20,000 nucleotides of DNA from an uncultured virus (IMG/VR IMGVR_UViG_3300029258_003428) (Duplodnaviria > Heunggongvirae > Uroviricota > Caudoviricetes): the IMG/VR virus record IMGVR_UViG_3300029258_003428; one strand, 5' to 3'. A program made the position numbers and the translations under genes. The notes under the pieces were generated by a model. The model saw nothing but the letters and a program-made list of their open reading frames with translations, was not told where the DNA came from and searched no databases. Positions 8,587-16,197 of the stretch are shown here, piece by piece; the stretch's first letter is position 1, and each line of letters opens with the position of its first letter.

Positions 8587-9697
8587 TCAGGATGGCATGG
8601 ATTGAGAAGGAGTGTCAGAGCGATCGGGTCTGGATCAGATCGTCGAACTGGTGGGGACCGGACCGCGTTGGGTTGTCGCCACGATCAGGTCTGGCAGGAT
8701 ATGGACTGTCGAGTTGGTTAGATAAGGGCTGTCGCGCCGTGACGGACTGCGCCGTGCGGAGGGGGGACGTCGACTAGGCGCGAGCGGGAGTGGTCAGGCA
8801 TGGTTCGTCTGATCGCGGGGGACCGGGCAGGAGAAGGCTTGTCAGATCGAGAGGGATTGGCCTGTTCCAGCTCGTCGCGAAGGCTTGGCTTATCAGTTAG
8901 GCCCGGCCAGGTCTGTCAGCTGCGTGGTGCGTGAGGGCCGGATCGGGCATGTCGAATCGGATGACGACGAGGTGCGGGTGGGCCAGTCAGCTTGGGTGGG
9001 GTTGAGGAGCGACGGCATGGGATGTCGGCCGGGGCGGGCGTGAACTGGAGCGGGTTGTCGGCTTTGCCAGCACCGGCTCGCAACGGCTCGTAATGAATCG
9101 GACCGTCGAAGTGGATGGGCTAGGAGGGGAGAGGGGAGGCTTGTCAGCACGGGGTGAGGTGGATAGGTCAGGAATGTCGAGCAGTCTCGGCTGGTTTAGG
9201 GTTGGCTTGTCAGGCAGGAGCGGTCCGGTGTAGATCGGATTGTCCAGTCGGTTGGAACAGGCAAGGCATGTCGAGCAGGGAAGGCGCGGCTGATCTTGGC
9301 CCGTCGATTAGGATGGGTAGGGATTGGCTTGTCGGAATGGATCGAATGGGCTTGTCTATGCGGACGGGGACCGAGCGGACCAGGAGAGGTGAGTCGATCT
9401 GAAGTGGATGGGCGCGAACCGGAAGGGTCTGTCGAAAGGTTTGGGATGGGCGGGGACAAGACAGGTGCGTCAGAATGAGGGGGCTCGAGTGAGAGCGAGT
9501 GGGTGAGTCGACCCGGCTTGGTACGCGGTGGTCCGGCATGTCAGCTCGAGAGGAACCGGCTTGGTCTGTCGGACTGGTGTGGTGTGTATGGGACTGTCTC
9601 GTCGGGATCGGGTTGGTTTGATTTGGCGAGGTGTGTCAGGAGGGTCTAAGGTGGGTGGGACCGTGTTGGCTTGTACGGGATAGTCTCAGTGTCTTGT
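8560..9697 (-). ncRNA. Predicted guide-RNA precursor associated with the Cas7-like gene (strand inferred)
   Basis: Array starts at the stop codon of the RAMP gene and ends at a - strand terminator. Transcription is inferred, not shown. Confidence 0.55.
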
Positions 9698-9698
9698 C
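8586..9698. repeat. Non-coding array of ~34 degenerate units: GTC + (GG-NNN)n, 5-nt periodic
   Basis: Hand-parsed delimiter spacings: 28,28,33,33,23,38,38,34,33,18,23,36,35,38,33,48,38,33,33,33,28,33,28,23,39,38,38,38,33,28,28,39,48,13. 29 of 34 equal 3+5n. No credible ORF in the region. Confidence 0.92.
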
Positions 9699-10519
9699 TA
9701 GGCCGCCTTGCCCTTTTTGGGAACCTTCGTCTTGGGAGCCTTCGTCTTGGGCTTGGGCAGCGAGCCCTTCTGGAGCTCCTCGACGGTGAGGAACTTGACG
9801 CGGCCGAAGCCCTGGGACCTCGAGCAGCCGAAGCCGTTATCTTGCGCCAGCTGCATGCAGTAGGTCAAGAACTCCTCGCTCATCCGCTTATCCTTCGGAT
9901 CGGCAAACCATATCTCGAACTCGATGTAGGTACCGGGTTCCACGTAGTCGTGAAACTTGATCGTACTGCGCGGCCCCTGGGGGCCGATGACGTGCGCCAC
10001 CGTCTCTTCATGCCCGTCCGGCTCCACCAGCCGCTTCCTGTCCGCTTCCTTGTGTCCCTTGTCGTATAGGTAGACGCGGTCTGGGTGCTCGCAGCCCCGG
10101 ATGAAGAATGAGTGCTGTAAGATCTGACGAACGCCGCGGTGTACGTTGGTCAGCCCCAGCACCGTTGCGGTCTCCTTGAAGCCGGCCTTGAGTTGCCGCG
10201 TCTCCAGAAAGATGCCATGTCCTTCCGGTTCGATCTTGTCCGGCTCCGCCTTGAACCCCGTCCAGGACTTGAGCTTCGCCTTCTCGCTCTCCTCTATGTC
10301 GTCATCGGACGACATCTCCTGGACGCGGGCTCTGGCCGCCTCCACGGTCTCGTCCTTGACCAGGCCCTTGCGGTGTCGTGCCTCGAGCATGGCCAGCTCG
10401 GATTCCGGATGTTTTGGCCAGCCGCCGAGCAGCCGGTTGGCCGTGACCATTGTCACCTTGTACTTCGTGTAGATGTTGACGTCGTGTTCGCGAACTAGTT
10501 CCTCAAAAGTCCTCTCCAT
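9698..10519 (-). CDS. Stand-alone Cas7/RAMP-superfamily-like protein (Vipr-like)
   Basis: N-terminal strand YKVTMVTANRLLGG; IFLETRQLKAGFKETA equivalent to the RAMP IPGSSLKGxxR helix; DYVEPGTYIEFEI; C-terminal Gly-rich loop GFGCSRSQGFGRV; AAGGAG SD. Confidence 0.8.
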   Translation of the reverse strand: MERTFEELVREHDVNIYTKYKVTMVTANRLLGGWPKHPESELAMLEARHRKGLVKDETVEAARARVQEMSSDDDIEESEKAKLKSWTGFKAEPDKIEPEGHGIFLETRQLKAGFKETATVLGLTNVHRGVRQILQHSFFIRGCEHPDRVYLYDKGHKEADRKRLVEPDGHEETVAHVIGPQGPRSTIKFHDYVEPGTYIEFEIWFADPKDKRMSEEFLTYCMQLAQDNGFGCSRSQGFGRVKFLTVEELQKGSLPKPKTKAPKTKVPKKGKAA

Positions 10520-10559
10520 TTGAGATCTCCTTGTTATTGAGGTTGTTGTGAAAGGGAGC

Positions 10560-11240
10560 TTAGCGCTCCCAAAGAATTGTGAGTTCGTCGTCCTGTACGT
10601 GGATCCATCCGCCAGACGTCTTGTTCTGGTATACTTGCACTACTTGCTGGCACCAGGGCGGCGGCGGGCCGTTCCACATGGACAAGGCCCCTTCGAGCCT
10701 GACAAACTCTCCGGCGTCAGGCTCGAAACATCCCACAGGTAGCGTGACCCGCGGCTTGGGAGTCCTGGGCGTCCCCCAGGTCTTCGATTTCGTCTTCGAT
10801 TCCAGCAGCGCGATGTAGAAGTTCCTCAATGGGATACAAGCCCCTTTCTCGATCAATGTGACCTGTTTCTCTTTCCACTCGTCCTGCCACAGCTCCTCAT
10901 CGATCTCGTGCAGCGTCCCATCCCGTCCGGCTTCTACGATCTTCCCCTCGTGTAGGAAAGCGTAGAGGTTTCCTCCTTTGCACCAACCGAGGGCGGGGAT
11001 CAAATCGCGCGGAACCATCTGTCCGATGTCGTCCCACTCCACCAGGTGCATGTAGAACGTTCTGTCCTCTGCACCACTCGCCCAGACCTTGCGCCCATTG
11101 ACGCTGATCTTCACATGACAGAAGTGTCCCAGCTGCTTGACGCGTCCTGAGCGCTTGATGATGCCGATCATGGGCAAATCCGGTTTGGGGCCTTCAACCC
11201 CAAACCAGATCTGCTTGACGTACCAACTGTACTCACTCAC
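10560..11240 (-). CDS. Hypothetical protein
   Basis: 226-aa ORF, GTGA coupling to the upstream gene; directly upstream of the Cas7-like gene. Confidence 0.7.
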   Translation of the reverse strand: MSEYSWYVKQIWFGVEGPKPDLPMIGIIKRSGRVKQLGHFCHVKISVNGRKVWASGAEDRTFYMHLVEWDDIGQMVPRDLIPALGWCKGGNLYAFLHEGKIVEAGRDGTLHEIDEELWQDEWKEKQVTLIEKGACIPLRNFYIALLESKTKSKTWGTPRTPKPRVTLPVGCFEPDAGEFVRLEGALSMWNGPPPPWCQQVVQVYQNKTSGGWIHVQDDELTILWER

Positions 11241-11485
11241 GATTTTGCTCCGGGCAACCTGAGCGCCTCCAGGCGTTCACATTCATCAAGCGTGCTGGCC
11301 AGTCCGTGTTCGTTGAAAAAGTCTTGCGCTCTCTCTTGGGCCGACCAAGAAATGGAACAGTGTGTTGACTCCGCGGCGTGGATCGCACGCGCAAGCCGCA
11401 ACGCCGCACGGTCTTCCACACCAGGGTAATGTCCGGCCGGATGCAGCTTCCTGAGATCTGCTTTTCTGAACGGCTTATCACCCAT
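11237..11485 (-). CDS. Hypothetical protein
   Basis: ATG 11485 with GGAG upstream; tight packing. Confidence 0.55.
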   Translation of the reverse strand: MGDKPFRKADLRKLHPAGHYPGVEDRAALRLARAIHAAESTHCSISWSAQERAQDFFNEHGLASTLDECERLEALRLPGAKS

Positions 11486-12035
11486 CTTTTGCGATCTCCA
11501 TCTCAACACCAAGCGCCTTACACGCTTCGGCGTAAGCGTCTGCTAGGCCGACCCAAGACTCATCATCTGCGGGCACCAACGATCTTCTGCCACCACGATC
11601 ACGAACCCCGCCGATGGCGCTGACGAAGGATTCGAGCGCCGCGTCTTTGGCTACGATCTGTTCTGTCTGCTCCGCTATGATCTTCTGCAACTCCTCGACA
11701 TTATCCTTGGCGTAAACCCGCTTCATCGTTCCCTCGAACTCCTCTTGTGTGGGGGGAGCGGGGAGCACCATCTTCGGGGCCACGCCAAGACTGTTGCAGG
11801 CCATCATGTAGGCGTCTCCTAAACCGGTCCATGGCTTACCGTTGGTTCTCATACGGACGCCGCCCTTCAAGTTCACGTAGTCCACGAGCGTCTTTAGGGC
11901 TACCCGTTCAAGCTCGTTGGGTCCTTCGCCATCAAGCGCTTGCGCAATGCGCTTGATGGCCTTGATCAAATCGGGGACATCGACCTCGAAGAATCGCACC
12001 CACATCCGTGTTTGAAAGAACTCCAGTCCACTCAT
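11478..12035 (-). CDS. Hypothetical protein with internally duplicated domain
   Basis: ATG 12035 after GGAGGGG; two copies of AL..(L/F)V...GGVR...W.GL.DAY..AC..LGV. Confidence 0.7.
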   Translation of the reverse strand: MSGLEFFQTRMWVRFFEVDVPDLIKAIKRIAQALDGEGPNELERVALKTLVDYVNLKGGVRMRTNGKPWTGLGDAYMMACNSLGVAPKMVLPAPPTQEEFEGTMKRVYAKDNVEELQKIIAEQTEQIVAKDAALESFVSAIGGVRDRGGRRSLVPADDESWVGLADAYAEACKALGVEMEIAKDG

Positions 12036-12385
12036 TGTTTCCCCTCCGTGTAGCGTACCGCCTCTGCGATGCGTTGTCTTAAGATCTTGTGATAGAACGC
12101 TGCATCCTTGTTCCCCTCTTTCTCCATCTTCGCCGCTTGTCGCTCGCATACACCTTGGAGGGCGCGGAGACGACCTTCTATGTTCACGTCTTCGTCCTTC
12201 ACGTCAAACAGGTACATCCTTCCTGCGAAGTCGCAAGCGTTACACACCGTCTCCGTCACTTGTTCTATGTTCTCTGTTGGATCTCGCGCCTCGTCCACAA
12301 TCACCCACCGCTTACCATCCACGAGCTGGTAAACCGTGTGGATGGCCGCGCGTAGATCGGTAGAACCGCACTCTGGGCACTTCAC
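12032..12385 (-). CDS. Zinc-ribbon protein
   Basis: GTG 12385 after AAGGAGG; CPEC..CNAC. Confidence 0.7.
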   Translation of the reverse strand: MKCPECGSTDLRAAIHTVYQLVDGKRWVIVDEARDPTENIEQVTETVCNACDFAGRMYLFDVKDEDVNIEGRLRALQGVCERQAAKMEKEGNKDAAFYHKILRQRIAEAVRYTEGKQ

Positions 12386-12454
12386 GAATTGTCCTCCTTT
12401 TTGTTGAATGCTTCCGGGCATTCTTATCTGCAACGCTGCGCACTTGTTTATTGG

Positions 12455-12697
12455 CTAGTACTGCCCTTCTTTGTCGTACCAGGCAGCGTTTCTTGGCTTA
12501 TCGAGGTCCACAACCAGCAGGTCGTAACCATACTGGTTATGCCTCAGACAGTAGGAAGTTGACTCTATCCGCTCGATCTCCTTCCGGGCTTCAGAATGCG
12601 TCCCAAATAGTAGTGGCTCATTGTTTTCATCTCGCACGATCTCGCTTTTGTTCGAAGACGGCGCGTGGAACTTCATGATGTGTTTGATCACGTACAT
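12455..12697 (-). CDS. Hypothetical protein
   Basis: ATG 12697 just after the upstream stop; MYVIKHIMKF... Confidence 0.6.
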   Translation of the reverse strand: MYVIKHIMKFHAPSSNKSEIVRDENNEPLLFGTHSEARKEIERIESTSYCLRHNQYGYDLLVVDLDKPRNAAWYDKEGQY

Positions 12698-12699
12698 TT

Positions 12700-13014
12700 T
12701 TATTTGGTTGCCTCGCGGCCCATGAACGCGTGGAGCTGTTCCTCGAACAGATACGCCGCTTGCCTCCAGAAGTCTCGATCCCACCGCATCATTTCCTCTT
12801 TGCTGCGCAGCTCCTTGCAGCTCTCGGCCAGTTCGTTGACCCGGGCCTCGTTCGCCTCTTGGATCTCGATGATGGTCCTGTCTCGCTCTCCGATAATCCT
12901 GTGCGCATCGTCTAATGCCTCGTCCATGTTCTTGATCACTTTGATCAGTCGCGCCTTGTTGCATTTCTCCAGAGGACGGACCTCTGGATCATTGTCGACG
13001 AGTAGCTTGCCCAT
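12700..13014 (-). CDS. Coiled-coil hypothetical protein
   Basis: TGATG coupling at 13014. Confidence 0.65.
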   Translation of the reverse strand: MGKLLVDNDPEVRPLEKCNKARLIKVIKNMDEALDDAHRIIGERDRTIIEIQEANEARVNELAESCKELRSKEEMMRWDRDFWRQAAYLFEEQLHAFMGREATK

Positions 13015-13283
13015 CAGTTCAGCGGCCTTTTGCTGATCTTGCCCGCCTTCTCCAGTCCCTCCACCAGCTTCTTGTTCTCCTCCGCTCCCCGATCTCTCCA
13101 TCCCGCTTTCAGTTCCCGCTCCGCGTCCTCGCGCTTCTTGTAGTAACCGCTGAGTCTGCTGTAGGGAACGCCGCACGGTTCGAGTTGACCGATGTAGTAG
13201 CCGGCCGCGCTGGAGCACACCTGGATGGGCAGCTCGGCGGGGTCGTACTCCTCATCGGTTAGAGTGTCTTTCAATTTTTCCAC
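13014..13283 (-). CDS. Small phage-type hypothetical protein
   Basis: AAGGAGG SD + GTG; QVCSSAAGYYIG...PYSRLSGYY motif, which I recall from small phage proteins. Confidence 0.7.
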   Translation of the reverse strand: MEKLKDTLTDEEYDPAELPIQVCSSAAGYYIGQLEPCGVPYSRLSGYYKKREDAERELKAGWRDRGAEENKKLVEGLEKAGKISKRPLN

Positions 13284-13431
13284 GGAGCCTCCTTTCTAGT
13301 TCCGCTTCGGCTAGGGCGACGTACTCCTCTCCCCCAGCCTTCTTTTCTTTCGCCAGAACCCCGTGCACCTGGGACTCGGTGCAGTTCTGGAGGTATCCAT
13401 TGAAGTCCCAAATATCATCCGCGCTGATCAT
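13252..13431 (-). CDS. Hypothetical 59-aa protein (not in the supplied ORF track)
   Basis: MISADDIWDFNGYLQNC...RHSNR; GGAG SD; fills the gap. Confidence 0.6.
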   Translation of the reverse strand: MISADDIWDFNGYLQNCTESQVHGVLAKEKKAGGEEYVALAEAELERRLRGKIERHSNR

Positions 13432-13450
13432 TTCTCATCTCCGGCCAGTT

Positions 13451-13666
13451 TCAGATTGTGCTCTGAGTCTTCGCGCTGCGTTTCAGAAGCGAGCACATGT
13501 ACCTGCTCGCCGTGTCTGCATCATCGAATGATTTTCGATCAATCTCGATTTCCACTCCTGTTTCACCCACCTCGATAGCCACTAGATCTGCCGGCCCTTC
13601 CCAGTAATCAACGTCCGGGGCTTCCAGCTTTCCCGGGCGCACGACGCGCAAGATCATTTGGGGCAT
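13451..13666 (-). CDS. Hypothetical protein
   Basis: AAGGAGG SD before ATG 13666. Confidence 0.6.
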   Translation of the reverse strand: MPQMILRVVRPGKLEAPDVDYWEGPADLVAIEVGETGVEIEIDRKSFDDADTASRYMCSLLKRSAKTQSTI

Positions 13667-13950
13667 GCTTCGTCCTCCTTGATCTCTCCGGTCTCCAGAT
13701 CTACCCACCCGACGAAGAGATACCTCCATCCCATCCCCGAGCTGGTGTCGGCGGGATATTTCTCTGGAGCCTCCTTGCAGGTGTTGTCTGGGCCGACGGC
13801 GAGGAATTGAAGGTGGCCGCAGTTTGCGCTGTCGAGGGCGTGGTTCTGGTATGCGGCCCACTCCGTGTTCTCGTGGTTGTATGGCGACGAGCGCATTGCC
13901 TCCAGCGCTTCCGGGTGCGGTTTCTCATTGCCGATAAGCCTTTTGCTCAT
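13654..13950 (-). CDS. Hypothetical protein
   Basis: GAGG SD; 98 aa. Confidence 0.7.
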   Translation of the reverse strand: MSKRLIGNEKPHPEALEAMRSSPYNHENTEWAAYQNHALDSANCGHLQFLAVGPDNTCKEAPEKYPADTSSGMGWRYLFVGWVDLETGEIKEDEACPK

Positions 13951-13953
13951 TGA

Positions 13954-14298
13954 TTACCTCTTTTCATGTTCGTTCGATTTCAGATCCCACCGGTCGATCA
14001 ATTTGGCGGCAGTTAGCTCCGCAGCGCTCGCCAGGTTGTGGGCGACGAGACTGAGACTCTCCCCGCTTAGTAGGTGAAGGTCGCCCGATTCCAGTTCCCG
14101 TGCGTTGCAAATCCGCACCGCGAGATTGACTACGTAGTGCGGACCCAGCAGTTGATCCCCTCCGTTGGGCTTCCTCTGAAATATACTTGTCCAGGGCCTC
14201 AGCTTCTCTGCCGCATGAAGCAGGCTCTGTACTTGATCAGCCGCCTGAGCCTTCATGCTGTAATGATCGGCGAGCTTCTTCGCTTCACTCGGATTCAT
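13954..14298 (-). CDS. Hypothetical protein
   Basis: GGAGAGG SD; 114 aa. Confidence 0.65.
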   Translation of the reverse strand: MNPSEAKKLADHYSMKAQAADQVQSLLHAAEKLRPWTSIFQRKPNGGDQLLGPHYVVNLAVRICNARELESGDLHLLSGESLSLVAHNLASAAELTAAKLIDRWDLKSNEHEKR

Positions 14299-14521
14299 AG
14301 CCTCTCCTCCTTACCCACTCGATGTGGGCCTTCTTGGCGGCCTCGAAGTCTCCAAGCTCTTTGACCAGCTCGGAGAACCTCGAGGCCGATTTCTCGGTTG
14401 CGAACATCTCTCCCGGGGGTGGGTCTGGAAGCACTTCCCCCGTGGCCAGCTTGATCTCGTTCGGCCCATGCACGCGGCCAAGCCGAATCGTGCCTTCTCG
14501 GCTGACGTAGTAGAAGGCCAT
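14285..14521 (-). CDS. Hypothetical protein
   Basis: TGATG coupling; 78 aa. Confidence 0.65.
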   Translation of the reverse strand: MAFYYVSREGTIRLGRVHGPNEIKLATGEVLPDPPPGEMFATEKSASRFSELVKELGDFEAAKKAHIEWVRRRGYESE

Positions 14522-14949
14522 CAGTCTGTCTCCTCCGGCTCAGGGCCGCACTTCTCCTTCGGGCCGTCGAAGTGACCTGGAGGGGAGTCACTCTCGTCCT
14601 CGTCGCCTTGCAGCGCATCGATGATGTCGTGCCCGAGCCTCCATGCCGCCTCGTTGTCCGACTCGAACAGGCGACGCAACAGAACCGGAAGCGACTCTTT
14701 GCTGATGTGGCAGTCCAGCTTCACCGCCAGCACCATGCCCTTCACCATGGTCGTCTTGATCTCGTAGTGGTCTCCGAACTCGGGGATGTAGCAGGCCTCC
14801 AGGTGTGCGTCGATGCCGATGTTGACCACCTTCTTCACGATCTCCAGCTCCTCACCCACCACCTGCATCACGAATGGCTCCTTCATTTTCTTTCGTACGT
14901 CGTCGTAGGGGATGGAGCGGCCGAGATCGTCCTCGATGATGTTTGGCAT
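14521..14949 (-). CDS. Hypothetical protein
   Basis: TAATG coupling; 142 aa. Confidence 0.7.
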   Translation of the reverse strand: MPNIIEDDLGRSIPYDDVRKKMKEPFVMQVVGEELEIVKKVVNIGIDAHLEACYIPEFGDHYEIKTTMVKGMVLAVKLDCHISKESLPVLLRRLFESDNEAAWRLGHDIIDALQGDEDESDSPPGHFDGPKEKCGPEPEETD

Positions 14950-15479
14950 TAGATGTCTGCTCCATAGTCTCTCAGGAGGCGAACCATCCTGAGTCGGTGT
15001 TTGGCCACCAACTTGTCGATATCTTTCTGCAGGTCGTTCATGGCCTGCGAGAAGAATCTGGAGAAGGCGTCATCGTCGCTCTGTAACTCCTGCTGTTGTT
15101 TCGTGGGCGCTTGTTTGGGCCTCGTGGGTGCTTGTTTGGGCAGCTCGAGCTGCTTGTTCCTCCCGTTCTTGAACTCCGGTGCCGCAGCAGCAGTCTCTCT
15201 GGCTGCCTCCTTGCCCTTCTTCTTGAAGACGGCGAGGATCTTACTGGCCTGGGTCTTGGAGACCCGCTTCATGCGCCTGGCAAAGATCTTCACGTTCTTC
15301 GTGGACGGTTTCTCTGTGATCAGATTGGTCGAGACGATGTACGCCTCATCCCCGGTCTTCCTGGCGGTTCTCACGCTTTGGATGCGGCAGACGATCACAT
15401 CTCCGCTGTTCTTGCTGCGGTACTTCGCGGCGTAGTAGTGCCCCTTGATGAAAGGGCTCTGTTTTCGCTTCTTGGTCAT
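14949..15479 (-). CDS. Basic hypothetical protein
   Basis: ATGA coupling; K/R-rich; PKQAPT x2 from a 21-bp-period duplication at 15101-15141. Confidence 0.7.
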   Translation of the reverse strand: MTKKRKQSPFIKGHYYAAKYRSKNSGDVIVCRIQSVRTARKTGDEAYIVSTNLITEKPSTKNVKIFARRMKRVSKTQASKILAVFKKKGKEAARETAAAAPEFKNGRNKQLELPKQAPTRPKQAPTKQQQELQSDDDAFSRFFSQAMNDLQKDIDKLVAKHRLRMVRLLRDYGADI

Positions 15480-15715
15480 AGTTTCAACACCTTCTTGTTT
15501 TTATCGAGCAAATCGTCGATGAGGTTGAGCGCGCCCAGGAGGACGCCCGTGTCCAAATCGCTGAGGTCGTCGCTTTTACATGCCGCTTCGTGCTCCGCCG
15601 CGATCAGTTCCCGCACCTTCTTGATCTGCTTGATCTGAACGGGTGCGGGGGACCAGATGCTCCATAGCCTTACGCCTGTTCGGCAGGTGAGATGCTCGTG
15701 CATCTTGTAGTCCAT
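15476..15715 (-). CDS. Hypothetical protein
   Basis: AAGGAGG SD; 79 aa. Confidence 0.65.
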   Translation of the reverse strand: MDYKMHEHLTCRTGVRLWSIWSPAPVQIKQIKKVRELIAAEHEAACKSDDLSDLDTGVLLGALNLIDDLLDKNKKVLKL

Positions 15716-15877
15716 TCACAGCCTCCTTTCTGGATCTGATATGGTCTTTCGGGCTTTCATTAACAGTTCCCTGACCTCTCCCGGGAACGCTTCCTTCTTG
15801 GGGTGATCGCGCATCTCGTTGATGTCTTCGCCACGGGCTGCGACGCAGCAGGTCTCGTAGGTGTACGGTTTGCTCAC
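15716..15877 (-). CDS. Hypothetical 53-aa protein
   Basis: GTGA coupling at 15874-15877. Confidence 0.5.
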   Translation of the reverse strand: MSKPYTYETCCVAARGEDINEMRDHPKKEAFPGEVRELLMKARKTISDPERRL

Positions 15878-16197
15878 CTGGTCCCCGTGTGCATTGGGAT
15901 CGACGCCCACACCTCAGCCCTGGGGCAGTAGCCGCCTGTGGATAGCGGCTCACCCAGTGTCAGCTGATAGTGCTGCGCGGCAGGGTTGCTCGGCGTCGCT
16001 TGCGCCACGCCGTCGTCGCGTGGACCCCCGCAGCATCGTAGCCCAGTGGTCCGCTCCAGCGACCGGACTACAGCATCGATTGACGACTCATAGTCGTGGC
16101 GTACAGCGTATGCAGCCACGCTCAGACCGTCTATGCCGCGGCCCCAAATGTTGAAATGAACTCTCATTCTTCCGCCTCCCATTCTTTGCTGTGTCAT
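15874..16197 (-). CDS. Hypothetical protein (alternative start 16167)
   Basis: ATGA coupling at 16197; GGGAGG before ATG 16167. Confidence 0.6.
   Translation of the reverse strand: MTQQRMGGGRMRVHFNIWGRGIDGLSVAAYAVRHDYESSIDAVVRSLERTTGLRCCGGPRDDGVAQATPSNPAAQHYQLTLGEPLSTGGYCPRAEVWASIPMHTGTR

Noticed and set aside
8497..9539. ORFs listed within the array (e.g. 8592-8777, 8893-9150, 9154-9402, 9210-9539)
   Set aside because: Short, low-complexity G/R/S/P translations on both strands without SD sites; 5-nt periodicity is incompatible with codon structure.
8586..9698. Classical CRISPR array
   Set aside because: No 23-47 bp identical direct repeats separated by unique spacers; only a 3-8 nt boundary motif and a 5-nt phase are conserved.
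8586..9698. G-quadruplex tract, replication origin or simple satellite as the sole explanation
   Set aside because: The + strand is G-rich and two-tier G4 folding is possible, but that does not explain the 3+5n delimiter spacing or the abutment to a RAMP gene. Not fully excluded.
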